From positions 487 through 64,486 of the forward strand of contig JADJCS010000004.1 of assembly GCA_016703105.1 (NCBI GenBank): a stretch of DNA of 64,000 nucleotides. The letters are read 5' to 3'. The notes below the pieces were generated by a model, which worked only from the letters and a program-made list of their open reading frames with translations, was not told the DNA's origin and made no database searches. Of this stretch, positions 40,972 to 50,800 are shown piece after piece. A program made the position numbers and the translations under genes. Positions within the stretch are counted from its first letter, which is position 1. The number at the start of each line of letters is the position of its first letter. This stretch comes from Flavobacteriales bacterium (GTDB lineage: Bacteria > Bacteroidota > Bacteroidia > Flavobacteriales_F > PHOS-HE28).

Positions 40972-43011
40972 ATGAGCACGGACATCCCATCCAAATCCGC
41001 TACGAAGGCGCTGGACCAGGGTGTTTACCAGGCCGTGATGGACCACGCTCCGTGGCCCATGGTAGAGGTGGAAGGCGCAGCCCATCTGGTACGGTCCGTG
41101 AATCCGGCCTTCTGCAAGTTGCTCAACAAGCAGGACCAGGACATCCTGGGCAAGCCGCTGGCGGATCTGGTCCCGCATGACAAGAGCATCCTGCCGCTGC
41201 TCGATCGCGTCTCGAGCTCCGGCGAAGCCCAGCCCACGCCGAGGTGGCGCGCGTAGCGCCGCACCCCGATCTTCTGGTCCTACACCTGCTGGCCCATACA
41301 GGCAGGCCATGCCCGCCGCACCGGCTTGATGATCCAGGTGACGGAGACCGGTGTGTTCCACCAACAGGCTACGGCCATCAACGAGGCGCTGCTGATCAGC
41401 TCCGTGCAGCAACACGAACTCGCCGATGTGGCCGATGGCCTGAACAGGCGATTGACCGAGGTGATCAACGAGCGCGAGCTGGCGCAGAACCTCTTGCGCC
41501 GCAACCACGAGACCTTCTTCAACCTGATCGAACATGCCCCGTTCGGCATCTATGTCGTGGATGCACGATCCCGCATCCAGCAGGTGAACGCTGCGGCGCG
41601 TGCCGTCTTCGCCCAAGTCGACCCTTTGCTCGGCCGGGACTTTGCCGAAGCTGTACATGTGCTCTGGGGCAATCCCTTCGCGAACGAGGTGATCGCGCGC
41701 TTCCGCGACACCCTGCTCACCGGCATACCCTTCGCCAGCAATGATTCCACCAATCAACGGCTCGACATCAAGGCAAGGGAGTCCTACGATTGGAAGATCG
41801 AGCGTGTAAACCTGCCCAATGGCGAGTTCGGCGTGGTGTGCTATTTCTATGATATCAGCACCTTGAAGCAGGCGCAGGAATCGCTGCAGGACGCGGACCG
41901 TCGCAAGAGCGAATTCCTCGCGACGCTCGCGCATGAGCTTCGCAACCCGCTCGCACCATTGCGCAACGGCTTGGAGTTGCTCGCCATCGCGCCGCACAAC
42001 CAGGCCACCTGGGACCAGGCCCATGCCATGATGAAACGGCAACTGGACCAGATGGTGCGCCTGATCGATGACCTCATGGACCTGAGCCGCATCACCCGCG
42101 GGGTGGTGGAACTCCGCATGGGGACCATCGACCTGCGTACCGTCCTGAACCACGTCGTGGAGTCCAGCCGCGCATTCATCCAACGCCATGACCACACCCT
42201 GGTACTGGACCTTCCCACCGAACCCCTGATGGTGGAGGGCGATGACATGCGCCTTAACCAGGTGTTCGGCAACCTATTGAACAACGCCACGAAATACACC
42301 GACATGGGCGGTGACATCGCCCTGCATGCGGAACGCATCGCTGACGAGGTGGTGGTAACGGTGACGGACAGTGGCATCGGTATCGCGAAAGATCAATTGA
42401 CCAAGGTGTTCGACATGTTCGCGCAAGTGTAGCGCACGAGCGATCGCGTGCAAGGTGGCCTGGGCATCGGCCTCAACATCGTGAAACACCTGGTCGGCAT
42501 GCACAAAGGCCGGATCGAAGTGGCCTCCGAAGGCCTCGGTAAAGGCTCTTGCTTCCGGGTCGTCCTTCCCCTGGTGTCGGTGCGCGCGAAGGTTCCCGCG
42601 ACCGCTTCAGAAGTCACGACCGCTCCGGTGTTGCCCAGGCGCATTCTGATCGTCGATGACAACGAGGATGCCGCGAACATGATGGCGATGCTGCTGGGAA
42701 AACTGGGCCACGAAGTGCTGGTGGCCCATAACGGGGAGCAGGCCGTGGAAATGGGTGGACGCACCGAACCCAATGTGGTACTGATGGACCTGGGCATGCC
42801 TGTGATGGACGGCTACAACGCCTGCCAGATGATGCGACGCACCCCCTGGGGTGAACGGGCGGTGATCGTGGCGCTGAGCGGTTGGGGTCAGCCGGAAGAT
42901 CGCATCAAGACGCAGGGAGCAGGGTTCGACGAGCACTTGGTGAAGCCGATCACCGCAGCGACTTTGCTGGCCATGCTCGCCTCGCTGGAGGAACGCAGGC
43001 AACGGAACTGA
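40972..43011 (+). pseudogene. PAS-HisKA-HATPase-REC hybrid histidine kinase. The reading frame is continuous but has two in-frame TAG codons, at 41254-41256 and 42430-42432.
   Basis: EFLATLAHELRNPLAP, DSGIGI...FDMFAQV[TAG]RTSDRVQGGLGIGLNIVK, ILIVDDNEDAANMM...LMDLGMP. It starts 14 nt after kaiC. Confidence 0.7.
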
Positions 43012-43059
43012 ACCGGTCGGTCGTTGCTTTGGACGCCCTTGTAGTGCGAAACGATATCT

Positions 43060-43350
43060 CTAAGCCCCTTCATTCTTGGGCCCTTGGGGCGCTGGTGCAT
43101 CACCGGTCCCATGGGATGCGGCAGGAATTCCCTTTCTGGCGTCCGTTCCTTCCTGCTCCAGCTGCTGCTCAAACTCCTGCACGATACCGGCCTTCTTGCC
43201 GGCCATGCCCACCGGATCGTAGAGGTCCGGATCCCTCCCCTCATCGGGCTTGGTGTCGGTCTCCTTGGCGGTATTCCCAATTGATGGAGGAGCCGCTGGC
43301 GGAAGGTTCCGCTCCTTGTCCTCTTGCGTTGCCATGGATCGTTGTTTCAA
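43060..43350 (-). CDS. Small acidic hypothetical protein.
   Basis: ORF of 96 aa or fewer, hydrophilic. It converges on the HK gene. Confidence 0.35.
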   Translation of the reverse strand: MKQRSMATQEDKERNLPPAAPPSIGNTAKETDTKPDEGRDPDLYDPVGMAGKKAGIVQEFEQQLEQEGTDARKGIPAASHGTGDAPAPQGPKNEGA

Positions 43351-43428
43351 GGATGAGCGACAAACCGTGGTCCAAGATCCAGCACTTGTAGCCTATGCTA
43401 CGGAACTGGGCCGGTCGGCCTTTGAACG

Positions 43429-43773
43429 TTACGCGGCGTACTGCAGCTCATAGAGGTTCGTAAGCCCCCTGCGTAGAACACGCATTTCCGAGGGCCCGCG
43501 AAGATCGTCGCGTTTCCATACCCGGATGGTCCATCCGTGCTGGTCTTCCGTGCGCCCAATGGGATCGGTGAAGAGGGCATCGCACACCAGATCGTCCACC
43601 TCGTGAACATCCACGGGCTTCTCTATCCGCAGTTCGATGTTGTCCATGCTGTCATGCACACTTACGTTGCCCAGTTGATCGAGCAGATGGACGAGTTCCG
43701 GAAGGTTGGTGGTGATCATATGGTGGGTATTGCATGCATCGGGCCAGATCGGCGAAGCAGGCACCACGCCCAC
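43429..43773 (-). CDS. Hypothetical protein.
   Basis: 114-aa ORF with mixed composition. It abuts the poly-G tract. Confidence 0.35.
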   Translation of the reverse strand: MGVVPASPIWPDACNTHHMITTNLPELVHLLDQLGNVSVHDSMDNIELRIEKPVDVHEVDDLVCDALFTDPIGRTEDQHGWTIRVWKRDDLRGPSEMRVLRRGLTNLYELQYAA

Positions 43774-43865
43774 CGGGGGGGCCCCCGGGGGGGGGGGGGG
43801 GGGGAGCCGCCCGCGGACGGGGGGGGGGGGCCCCGGGGCCGCCCCGGGGCCAGGGGGAATGTTCC
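43745..43865. repeat. Extreme G/C homopolymer-rich low-complexity tract.
   Basis: cccccggggggggggggggggggagccgcccgcggacgggggggggggccccggggccgccccggggccaggggg. Confidence 0.9.
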
Positions 43866-43941
43866 CGCCTTGTTCGAACTATCCGCGTTCGGCCCAACGA
43901 TGCGGCCATAATGAACGGGGGACGTTCCCGGCACGCGCGCA

Positions 43942-44535
43942 GTGGTCCACCGATTGTCGGTATCGCATCAACCCCACGACAAGGGCGACACCGGCACTGC
44001 CTCCAAAGCCGGCAGCCCTACCAACAAAACCACCAATGGCAGGAACGGCACGGAGGAAAAAGAGCAACAGAAAGGTGCGGCCTCTTCCACTTCCGCCAAG
44101 GCTACGGGTAAGCGTGACGGTGATAAGAACGACCGGAACACCAAGAACAAATAGCACCATGGCACAGAAGAACATGCCCCTCCCCGGCAAGGACAACAAC
44201 AGCAGGGAACCAACCCCACGGACCGGCGCACCAATGAAACGGGAGATGCGGCCAATGCCGACAGGCAGCCTGGGAAAGCAGATGCGCAAAGGGACACCGC
44301 AGGTCCTCAGATGGGCACCCGCCTGGACCGTGGCAATGCTTCGTTCGTACACAACCCAGGTCGTGATATCACAACCGGCGGGTCTGGCGGTGATGGAACC
44401 AACCGCGATATGCCCAATTCGGATGCGCCCGATGGTTCTGCGGAGACCGTGCGCGATGCCGAGGACTTGGATGACAACGACCTCCCCGATGACGCGGCGG
44501 AAATAGAGGACGAACAAGAAGGCTCCAAAGCCTGA
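43942..44535 (+). pseudogene. Low-complexity hydrophilic protein that looks like a hydrophilin. Its frame is interrupted by an in-frame TAG at 44152-44154.
   Basis: ...GKRDGDKNDRNTKNK[TAG]HHGTEEHAPP...DAEDLDDNDLPDDAAEIEDEQEGSKA. Confidence 0.35.
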
Positions 44536-44808
44536 GCGCCATCCTTTTCACACCACTGAGCGAAGGCCCTCTCTTACCGAGCGGGCCTTCGGCATTCCTA
44601 CAAGGCCATGCGATCACAACGCGTCTCACCTCAACGACTCAAGGCGTGACCCGGATGAAGCCGTTATCGGGCTCCGGCTTCCCGTGGAAGGTTGATAGAA
44701 CAGGACTGACCAGAGCACCTCGTGCGGGTCAGCCTTGGTGGCGCTTCGCTCCCCAGGTCGCTCATGGTCCCGGTGGTCAGTACCTTGCTCCCACGCGACC
44801 CTTTCGTT

Positions 44809-45306
44809 TCAATGGGCCCGCGTGGCAAGACCCAGAAAGACCTGAAGATCATCCCAGGGGAGCCCGGCGTACCAGCGGTCCACACGTGCGTGGCCGTTTA
44901 CCGTCGCGCAATGCCACAACCCGGATTTCAACCCGTGCGCGAACGTTCCAGCTGACTCCAGTCGGCCGTTCGCATGATAGAACGAAAAGGCCCCATGCCG
45001 GTCGTTCAGCGCGACATCCGAATAGCTGCCCTCCATGCGTAGCTGACCGTTGGCATCGTTCACGCGTACCCCATAGCTACCATCCGCACCACGAACCGTG
45101 GTCCGCACCATGGGATCCTTCGCTTTACGTAGCGCGACGGTTTGCATATCGGGACCTACCAGGTCCGGCTTCGAGGGCGCATGTCCCATCGCACCGCTCG
45201 CTACGGGAACCACCTGCGCCAGCCCTTGGGCTCGGAGCGAAGTCGACATCATGCTCATGGCGAAAAGGAGAACGGCACCGGGGAGGAACGTATGCGTGGG
45301 GTTCAT
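44809..45306 (-). CDS. Secreted protein with MORN/YwqK-like repeats.
   Basis: Signal peptide MNPTHTFLPGAVLLFAMSMMSTSLRAQ. Repeats of the form G.Y..........G....G. Confidence 0.55.
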   Translation of the reverse strand: MNPTHTFLPGAVLLFAMSMMSTSLRAQGLAQVVPVASGAMGHAPSKPDLVGPDMQTVALRKAKDPMVRTTVRGADGSYGVRVNDANGQLRMEGSYSDVALNDRHGAFSFYHANGRLESAGTFAHGLKSGLWHCATVNGHARVDRWYAGLPWDDLQVFLGLATRAH

Positions 45307-45566
45307 CGGGTCGTGGGTTTGGACACGACCGGCCACCGCCGATCCCGAGCCAACCTCCCCCATGGAGCGATCCCCCTTGATGGCAGGCTCTTCCCGCAGA
45401 TCCCACTTTACCGGGTGCCGGGCGGTCCTGTCCCAAACACCGCACTATCGCGCATGGGCATCCCCATCCTTCTTCCTTGCCGCGCTGTGCCCGACATCGG
45501 GAACGGTCCTGTCGCCATGCGAAGATGTGTGCCGACCAGCACCGGTTCAGCTAACAGGAACGGTTC

Positions 45567-45989
45567 TTGTCCTGTTGGTCATCTATGTGGGAGCCTCTGG
45601 AGAAGATCGATTCGTTGTTGCGCAGGTATGATCGCTTCGCCTACGATCTGCGCGGTGAATGCCGTGTGCTGTATGGCATTGTAGTGGCGTACCGCGCCGC
45701 GGACGATGCTTTGACGACCAGCCATTTGCCGCGCGCCATCGCCCGGGCATTAGCGCACGATGGGATCCTGGGAGCTTGGCGCGATCCGGCTACAGAACGG
45801 GTGGTCTATGAAAGTTGCAGGCTCTTCACCGACCAGGAGCATGCCTTGCGTTTCGCACGGGCACAAGGGCAATGCTCCGTGCACAACCTGAACCGCATGC
45901 TGGAGATCGCCGTGACACCGTCAGCATCGCGATCCATGAACGGGAAGGATGCCACAGCGCTGTTGCCGCAGTTCCCTCGCGGGCTTTGA
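45567..45989 (+). CDS. Hypothetical protein.
   Basis: 140-aa ORF with no motif. Confidence 0.35.
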   Translation: MSCWSSMWEPLEKIDSLLRRYDRFAYDLRGECRVLYGIVVAYRAADDALTTSHLPRAIARALAHDGILGAWRDPATERVVYESCRLFTDQEHALRFARAQGQCSVHNLNRMLEIAVTPSASRSMNGKDATALLPQFPRGL

Positions 45990-46209
45990 CCGAGGGCTCC
46001 TCCGATCGTGGGATCGATCCCACAGTGTGATCGATGGTCCGGACACAACGGGGAGCGCTTTCCACGCTGTCGTACCACGGCGCTGAACGGGCTCTGGGTT
46101 GCGCGCTGCCTTCGATCGGCGCTGCCAAGAGATCCTCGCTCGCGGTTGTTCGCACAGTATTGTGGTGCGGCACTTGCCGTGATCCTCCCCAACCATAAAA
46201 CCCTTCACA

Positions 46210-46377
46210 ATGGCCACTCCCAAGAAAGTCGAAAAGAAGAAAGGTGCTCCTATAGTGCGCATGCATGACGAGGATGATGCGGATCGGATCGGCAACCCCG
46301 CCTCGGACGAGATCGACGAGGACCTGACGGCGACCACGGAGGAGGATCCTGGCGTGGACCCGGACGAAAAGGAGTGA
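46210..46377 (+). CDS. Possible 55-aa highly acidic small protein.
   Basis: MATPKKVEKKKGAPIVRMHDEDDADRIGNPASDEIDEDLTATTEEDPGVDPDEKE, with an ATG start. It is below the size cutoff of the ORF track. Confidence 0.3.
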   Translation: MATPKKVEKKKGAPIVRMHDEDDADRIGNPASDEIDEDLTATTEEDPGVDPDEKE

Positions 46378-46510
46378 CCGCCGCGCGGGTCAGAAAGAAA
46401 GGGCCGATCCCAAAGAGGTGGCCCCCGTTCCACCTGGTGGTCTGTGACCGTGATCCTCACGAATGATGAACGCACGGCCTTCTGGACCGTGCGTTCATCG
46501 ATGCTCTGGC

Positions 46511-46732
46511 TCAGTGCCGAACCGGATCCTTGGTCGTGTGACGATCGATGAGCGCATCGATCTCGTCCTTCGTCTTGCCCAGGCGCTCCTGCAATCGCCC
46601 GTGGAGTTCATCCTCCTTCCCTTCCACGTACAGCAGGTCGTTGTCCGTCAGGTCGGCGAATTCCTGCTTCAGCTTTCCTTTCAACTGGTTCCAGTTGCCT
46701 TTGATCTTGTCCTTCATGCTGTCCATGGTCAT
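46511..46732 (-). CDS. csbD: CsbD-family general stress protein.
   Basis: [49 protein letters not shown]. Confidence 0.85.
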   Translation of the reverse strand: MTMDSMKDKIKGNWNQLKGKLKQEFADLTDNDLLYVEGKEDELHGRLQERLGKTKDEIDALIDRHTTKDPVRH

Positions 46733-46777
46733 TTCTGTTTAGGGACGTGGCGACACGCACCGTGCCATACCAATTGA

Positions 46778-46808
46778 AGATCGGGCACCGTGGTGCGTAG
46801 TGCCCGAT
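46778..46808. promoter_or_regulatory. 10-bp perfect inverted repeat with an 11-nt spacer between the divergent csbD and MEDS genes. It is a candidate operator.
   Basis: gatcgggcac-cgtggtgcgta-gtgcccgatc. Confidence 0.4.
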
Positions 46809-46992
46809 CCTTCGTGCCAATGGGCACCCTCCTCTCCGCGCGGGCCTTTTCCTCCTGATATCCATGCTCCGTTCTCTGTGAATGCCCTACCGCGATCAAG
46901 GGAACCGTGTTCCACAGATGCGCCTTCCGCTGGAATGAAATTGGATGTGCCACCGCACCTGTTCTCTTGGGCACGACATACAGCCCACTTCC

Positions 46993-47574
46993 ATGGACCT
47001 CCAACTCGAACCCTCCCACCTCTCCTTCTTCGAGCGCAATGTGGCCCAAAAGCGCTGGCACTATGTGCATTTCCATGAGAATGGACCGGAACTCGTGGAC
47101 GGCATCTGCCGCTTCCTGCATCCCGCGCTGAGGCCCGGGCACGCAGGCATCGTGGTCGCCACACCAGCGCATTTGGCCGGGGTGCGCGAGCGCGCTTCCA
47201 TCTTCGGCCTGGACCTGGAAGCAGCGGAAGCCAACGGACAATTCGTTCCGCTGGACGCTGAGGAACTGCTCTCCCGGATCATGGTCAATGGCCTGCCCGA
47301 CCACACGCCATTCCATGTGATCGTACAGGGCCTCTTGCAGAAGACCGCCGAGACGTATCCCTACTTGCACATCTACGGGGAAATGGTCGCGCTTCTATGG
47401 CAGAAGGGCAATGAAATGGGAACGCACTTGCTGGAGGAACTATGGAACAACCTCGGACGCATGCGGCCCTTCTCGCTGCTTTGTGGCTACCCCAAGAGCG
47501 CTTTCGATTCGGGTGAGCATGCCAACAGTTTCGCCCGCATCTGCAATGCTCATTCGCATGTGAACGCGGCCTAG
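46993..47574 (+). CDS. MEDS-domain (DcmR-like) sensory protein.
   Basis: HYVHFHENGPELVDGICRFL...YGEMVALLWQKGNEMGTHLLEELWNNLGRMRPFSLLCGYPKSAF. Confidence 0.65.
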   Translation: MDLQLEPSHLSFFERNVAQKRWHYVHFHENGPELVDGICRFLHPALRPGHAGIVVATPAHLAGVRERASIFGLDLEAAEANGQFVPLDAEELLSRIMVNGLPDHTPFHVIVQGLLQKTAETYPYLHIYGEMVALLWQKGNEMGTHLLEELWNNLGRMRPFSLLCGYPKSAFDSGEHANSFARICNAHSHVNAA

Positions 47575-47706
47575 TGAGCATCATGAGGGAGCGTTCGGCA
47601 GCAGCGGGAAAGATCTTCTCCGGATCTGTGGAAATGTTTCCACATTGGCTTTTGCTCTCCCGTCAGTTTAATTCGCTTCCGCTGATCCGGCCCATCCGGA
47701 ACTGAC

Positions 47707-47856
47707 ATGGACACCACATCGATCACCGAGGCGGACCACCCGCCGATGTTGTCCCTCACGGAGACGGCCGCCATGCTGCGCTGCCATCCGAACACGGTGC
47801 GCGCATGGGTACGCCAGGGCAAGTTGACCGCGTTCCCATGGGGCCCGAGAAGGTGA
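47707..47856 (+). CDS. 49-aa helix-turn-helix (HTH_17/excisionase-like) ORF. It ends 2 nt before the CheB-CheR kinase start.
   Basis: MDTTSITEADHPPMLSLTETAAMLRCHPNTVRAWVRQGKLTAFPWGPRR. Confidence 0.45.
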   Translation: MDTTSITEADHPPMLSLTETAAMLRCHPNTVRAWVRQGKLTAFPWGPRR

Positions 47857-47858
47857 AC

Positions 47859-50800
47859 ATGTTCCTGAAGGACGACGTGGAGCGCCTGAGGAAACCCTTG
47901 GAACGCGCCGGCGTGATCGTGAAGGATGACAAGCACGCGTTCCCCGTGGTGGGCATCGGTGCGTCGGCCGGTGGACTGGATGCGATGTCACGTTTGCTTC
48001 AACAGCTCCCGACGGACCTAGGCCTGGCCTACGTGTTCGTAACGCATCAGGAGAAGGACCAGGAGAGGACCCTTTGCGACCTGTTGCGGAAGAAGACAAC
48101 GATGCCCGTGTTCGTGCTGGAGAACGGGATGAAGCTGGAACCCGATCGCCTATACGTGAACCCCGCGGGCATGCACACGGCGGTGATCAACGGAACCTTC
48201 ACGCTACAGGTGCCGCGCGGTGTTCACGGACAGGCCAACCGGCCCGTTGATGCATTCTTCACCGCACTGGCGAACGAGTACCAGAACAACGCCATCGGCA
48301 TCGTGCTTTCGGGCGGCGGCATGGACGGTACCGAAGGCTTGCGTGCGATCAAGGCGGAGGATGGGCTCACGATCGCGCAGGACGGATCGGCGCAGGACAA
48401 GGGCATGCCCGAGAGCGCGCAGGAAGCCGGCGTGGTGGATCTAGTGCGCGCACCGGAGGACATCGGACCGGAGCTGGTGCAGCTGATCAAGGAACTGTAT
48501 CCGGGCGGCAAGGCGCGGATCCCTTCCAAGCACGAGAACGAACTGCGCCGCATTCTGCAGTATGTCTTGGAGCAACGGGGCGTTGATTTCAGTGAATACA
48601 AGGAGAGCACCATCCACCGCCGCATCATCCGGCGCATGGTGTTGAGCAAGTGCCGCAAGCTCTCGGAATACTCGGCGCTCTTGCGGGGAATTCCAACAGA
48701 GCTCGACACGCTCTATAGCGATCTGCTCATCAACGTCACCAGCTTCTTCCGGGATCCGGCCTTCCACAAGGCGCTCAGCGAGGGCGTATTCCCTGACCTC
48801 TTCAAGGAACGATCCGCTACCGATACGCTGCGCATCTGGGTGCCCGCCTGCGCCGGCGGTGAGGAAGTGGTGTCCATCGCCATCACATTGCTGGAGTTCC
48901 TCGGCGAGCAGGCCATGAACACCCCGGTCCAGATCTTCGCCACGGACCTCAACGAGCGCACCATTGAGAAGGCGCGTCTCGGCATTTACAAGAAGAGCGC
49001 GCTACAGGATATGGCCCCCGAACGCGTGGCCAAGTTCTTCATGCATGTGGACGGTCACTACCAGGTGATCAAGCCGATCCGCGACATGTGCGTGTTCGCG
49101 AAGCACGACCTGTTGAAGGATCCGCCCTTCAGTCGCGTGGACCTGATCAGCTGCCAGAACGTGCTGATCTACCTGGAAGGCCCGGCGCAGGGGCGCATCC
49201 TCAAGTCGTTCCATTACGCGCTCAAGCCAGCGGGCTTTCTCGTCCTTGGAAAGTCGGAAACGCCCGCGAACGCAGGCGACATCTTCATACAACCCGAGCG
49301 CGATCACAAGGTGTACCGCAAGAAACGCAGGGGCAGTGGTCGGCTGGACTTCGACCTGCGATACAAACCTGCTCCTGCGGCGACTTCATCCAACGGATCT
49401 GGACCTGCAATGACGCGATTAGCTGGTCCACGTGGCGACCTGGACCGCGAGCTGGAGCAGTTGCTGCTGCACCGGTACGTGCCCGCGAGCGTGCTGGTGA
49501 ACAAAGACCTGGAGATCGTTCGCTTCCTCGGATCCTCCGCGCCTTTCCTCGGGCCCAGCGCAGGCCGCGCGAGCCTCAGCTTGTTGAAGATGGTGCGTGA
49601 CGATCTCGCCTTCGAGCTGCGGGCGTTGTTGCACAAAGCGCGAAATGAGAACATTCCCGTGCGCAAGAGCGGCATCCCCATCCGCTTGAACAGCGGCCTA
49701 CAGGATGTGAGCATCGAAGTGCTGCCTCTGGGCGGCACGCCCGGTCCGCACTTTCTGGTGCTGTTCAAGGAGGAGGGTGTTGCTGTTGCGGCGGACATGC
49801 CTGCGGCCAAAGGAGATCCTGGCAAGCGAGCGATCGACGTGCGCGATAAGCGGATCGCCCAGCTCGAACAGGAATTGCGCGAGGCCCGCGAACAGGTGCG
49901 GCTGGTGAGCGAGGAGAGCGAGATCACCTTGCAGGAATTGCAAGCCGCCAATGAAGAGGTGGTCTCGAGCAACGAAGAATTGCAGAGCATCAACGAAGAA
50001 CTCGAGACGAGCAAAGAAGAACTCCAATCCATAAACGAAGAGTTCGCCACGATCAACGAGGAGCTCCAGTCACGCAATGAATGCCTGCTGGAGAGCGAGG
50101 AGCGCTACCGCAAACTGATCGACCTGATGCCTGTTGCCGTGTACACCTGCGATACTAGCGGGCATGTGCGCCTGTTCAATGAAGCCGCTGTTCGCCTGTG
50201 GGGCCGCACGCCGGTGGTGGGTGAAGCGCTGCGGTACGGATCGGCCAGCATGCGCACCGCAGAGGGCCCACTGGACCGCTGCCCCATGGCCGTGGCCATC
50301 AAGGAGGAGCGCGCCATGGCGGACATCGAGGCGGTGGTGGTGCAGCCCAATGGTGAGCAACGTGCTGTTCTGGCCAACCCAACGCCGCTCTACGACCACC
50401 ATGGGAAGATCAGTGGTGCCATCAATGTGCTGGTGGACATCACCGAGCGGCAGCAGCTCTCCGGCATGCTCGAGCGGAGCCTGAACGAGATCTACATCTT
50501 CGACCTGGAGGAGCTGAGGTTCGAGTACGTGAACCACGGCGCCCTGAGCAATCTGGGGTATACACTCGAGCAGATGCGTGCCATGACGCCGGTGGACATC
50601 AAGCCCGAATTGGATGTGCGGCAATTCGAAGCGCTGGTGAGGCCTCTTCGCAGCGGTCAAAAGGAAAAGCTCCTGTTCCATACCATACACCGCCGTGCCG
50701 ATGGAAGTGACTACCCCGTGGAGGTACACCTGCAGATCGTGAACAATGGCCCCAAGCGCTCGTTCATGGCCATGATCCTCGACATCACGGAAAGGAAACT

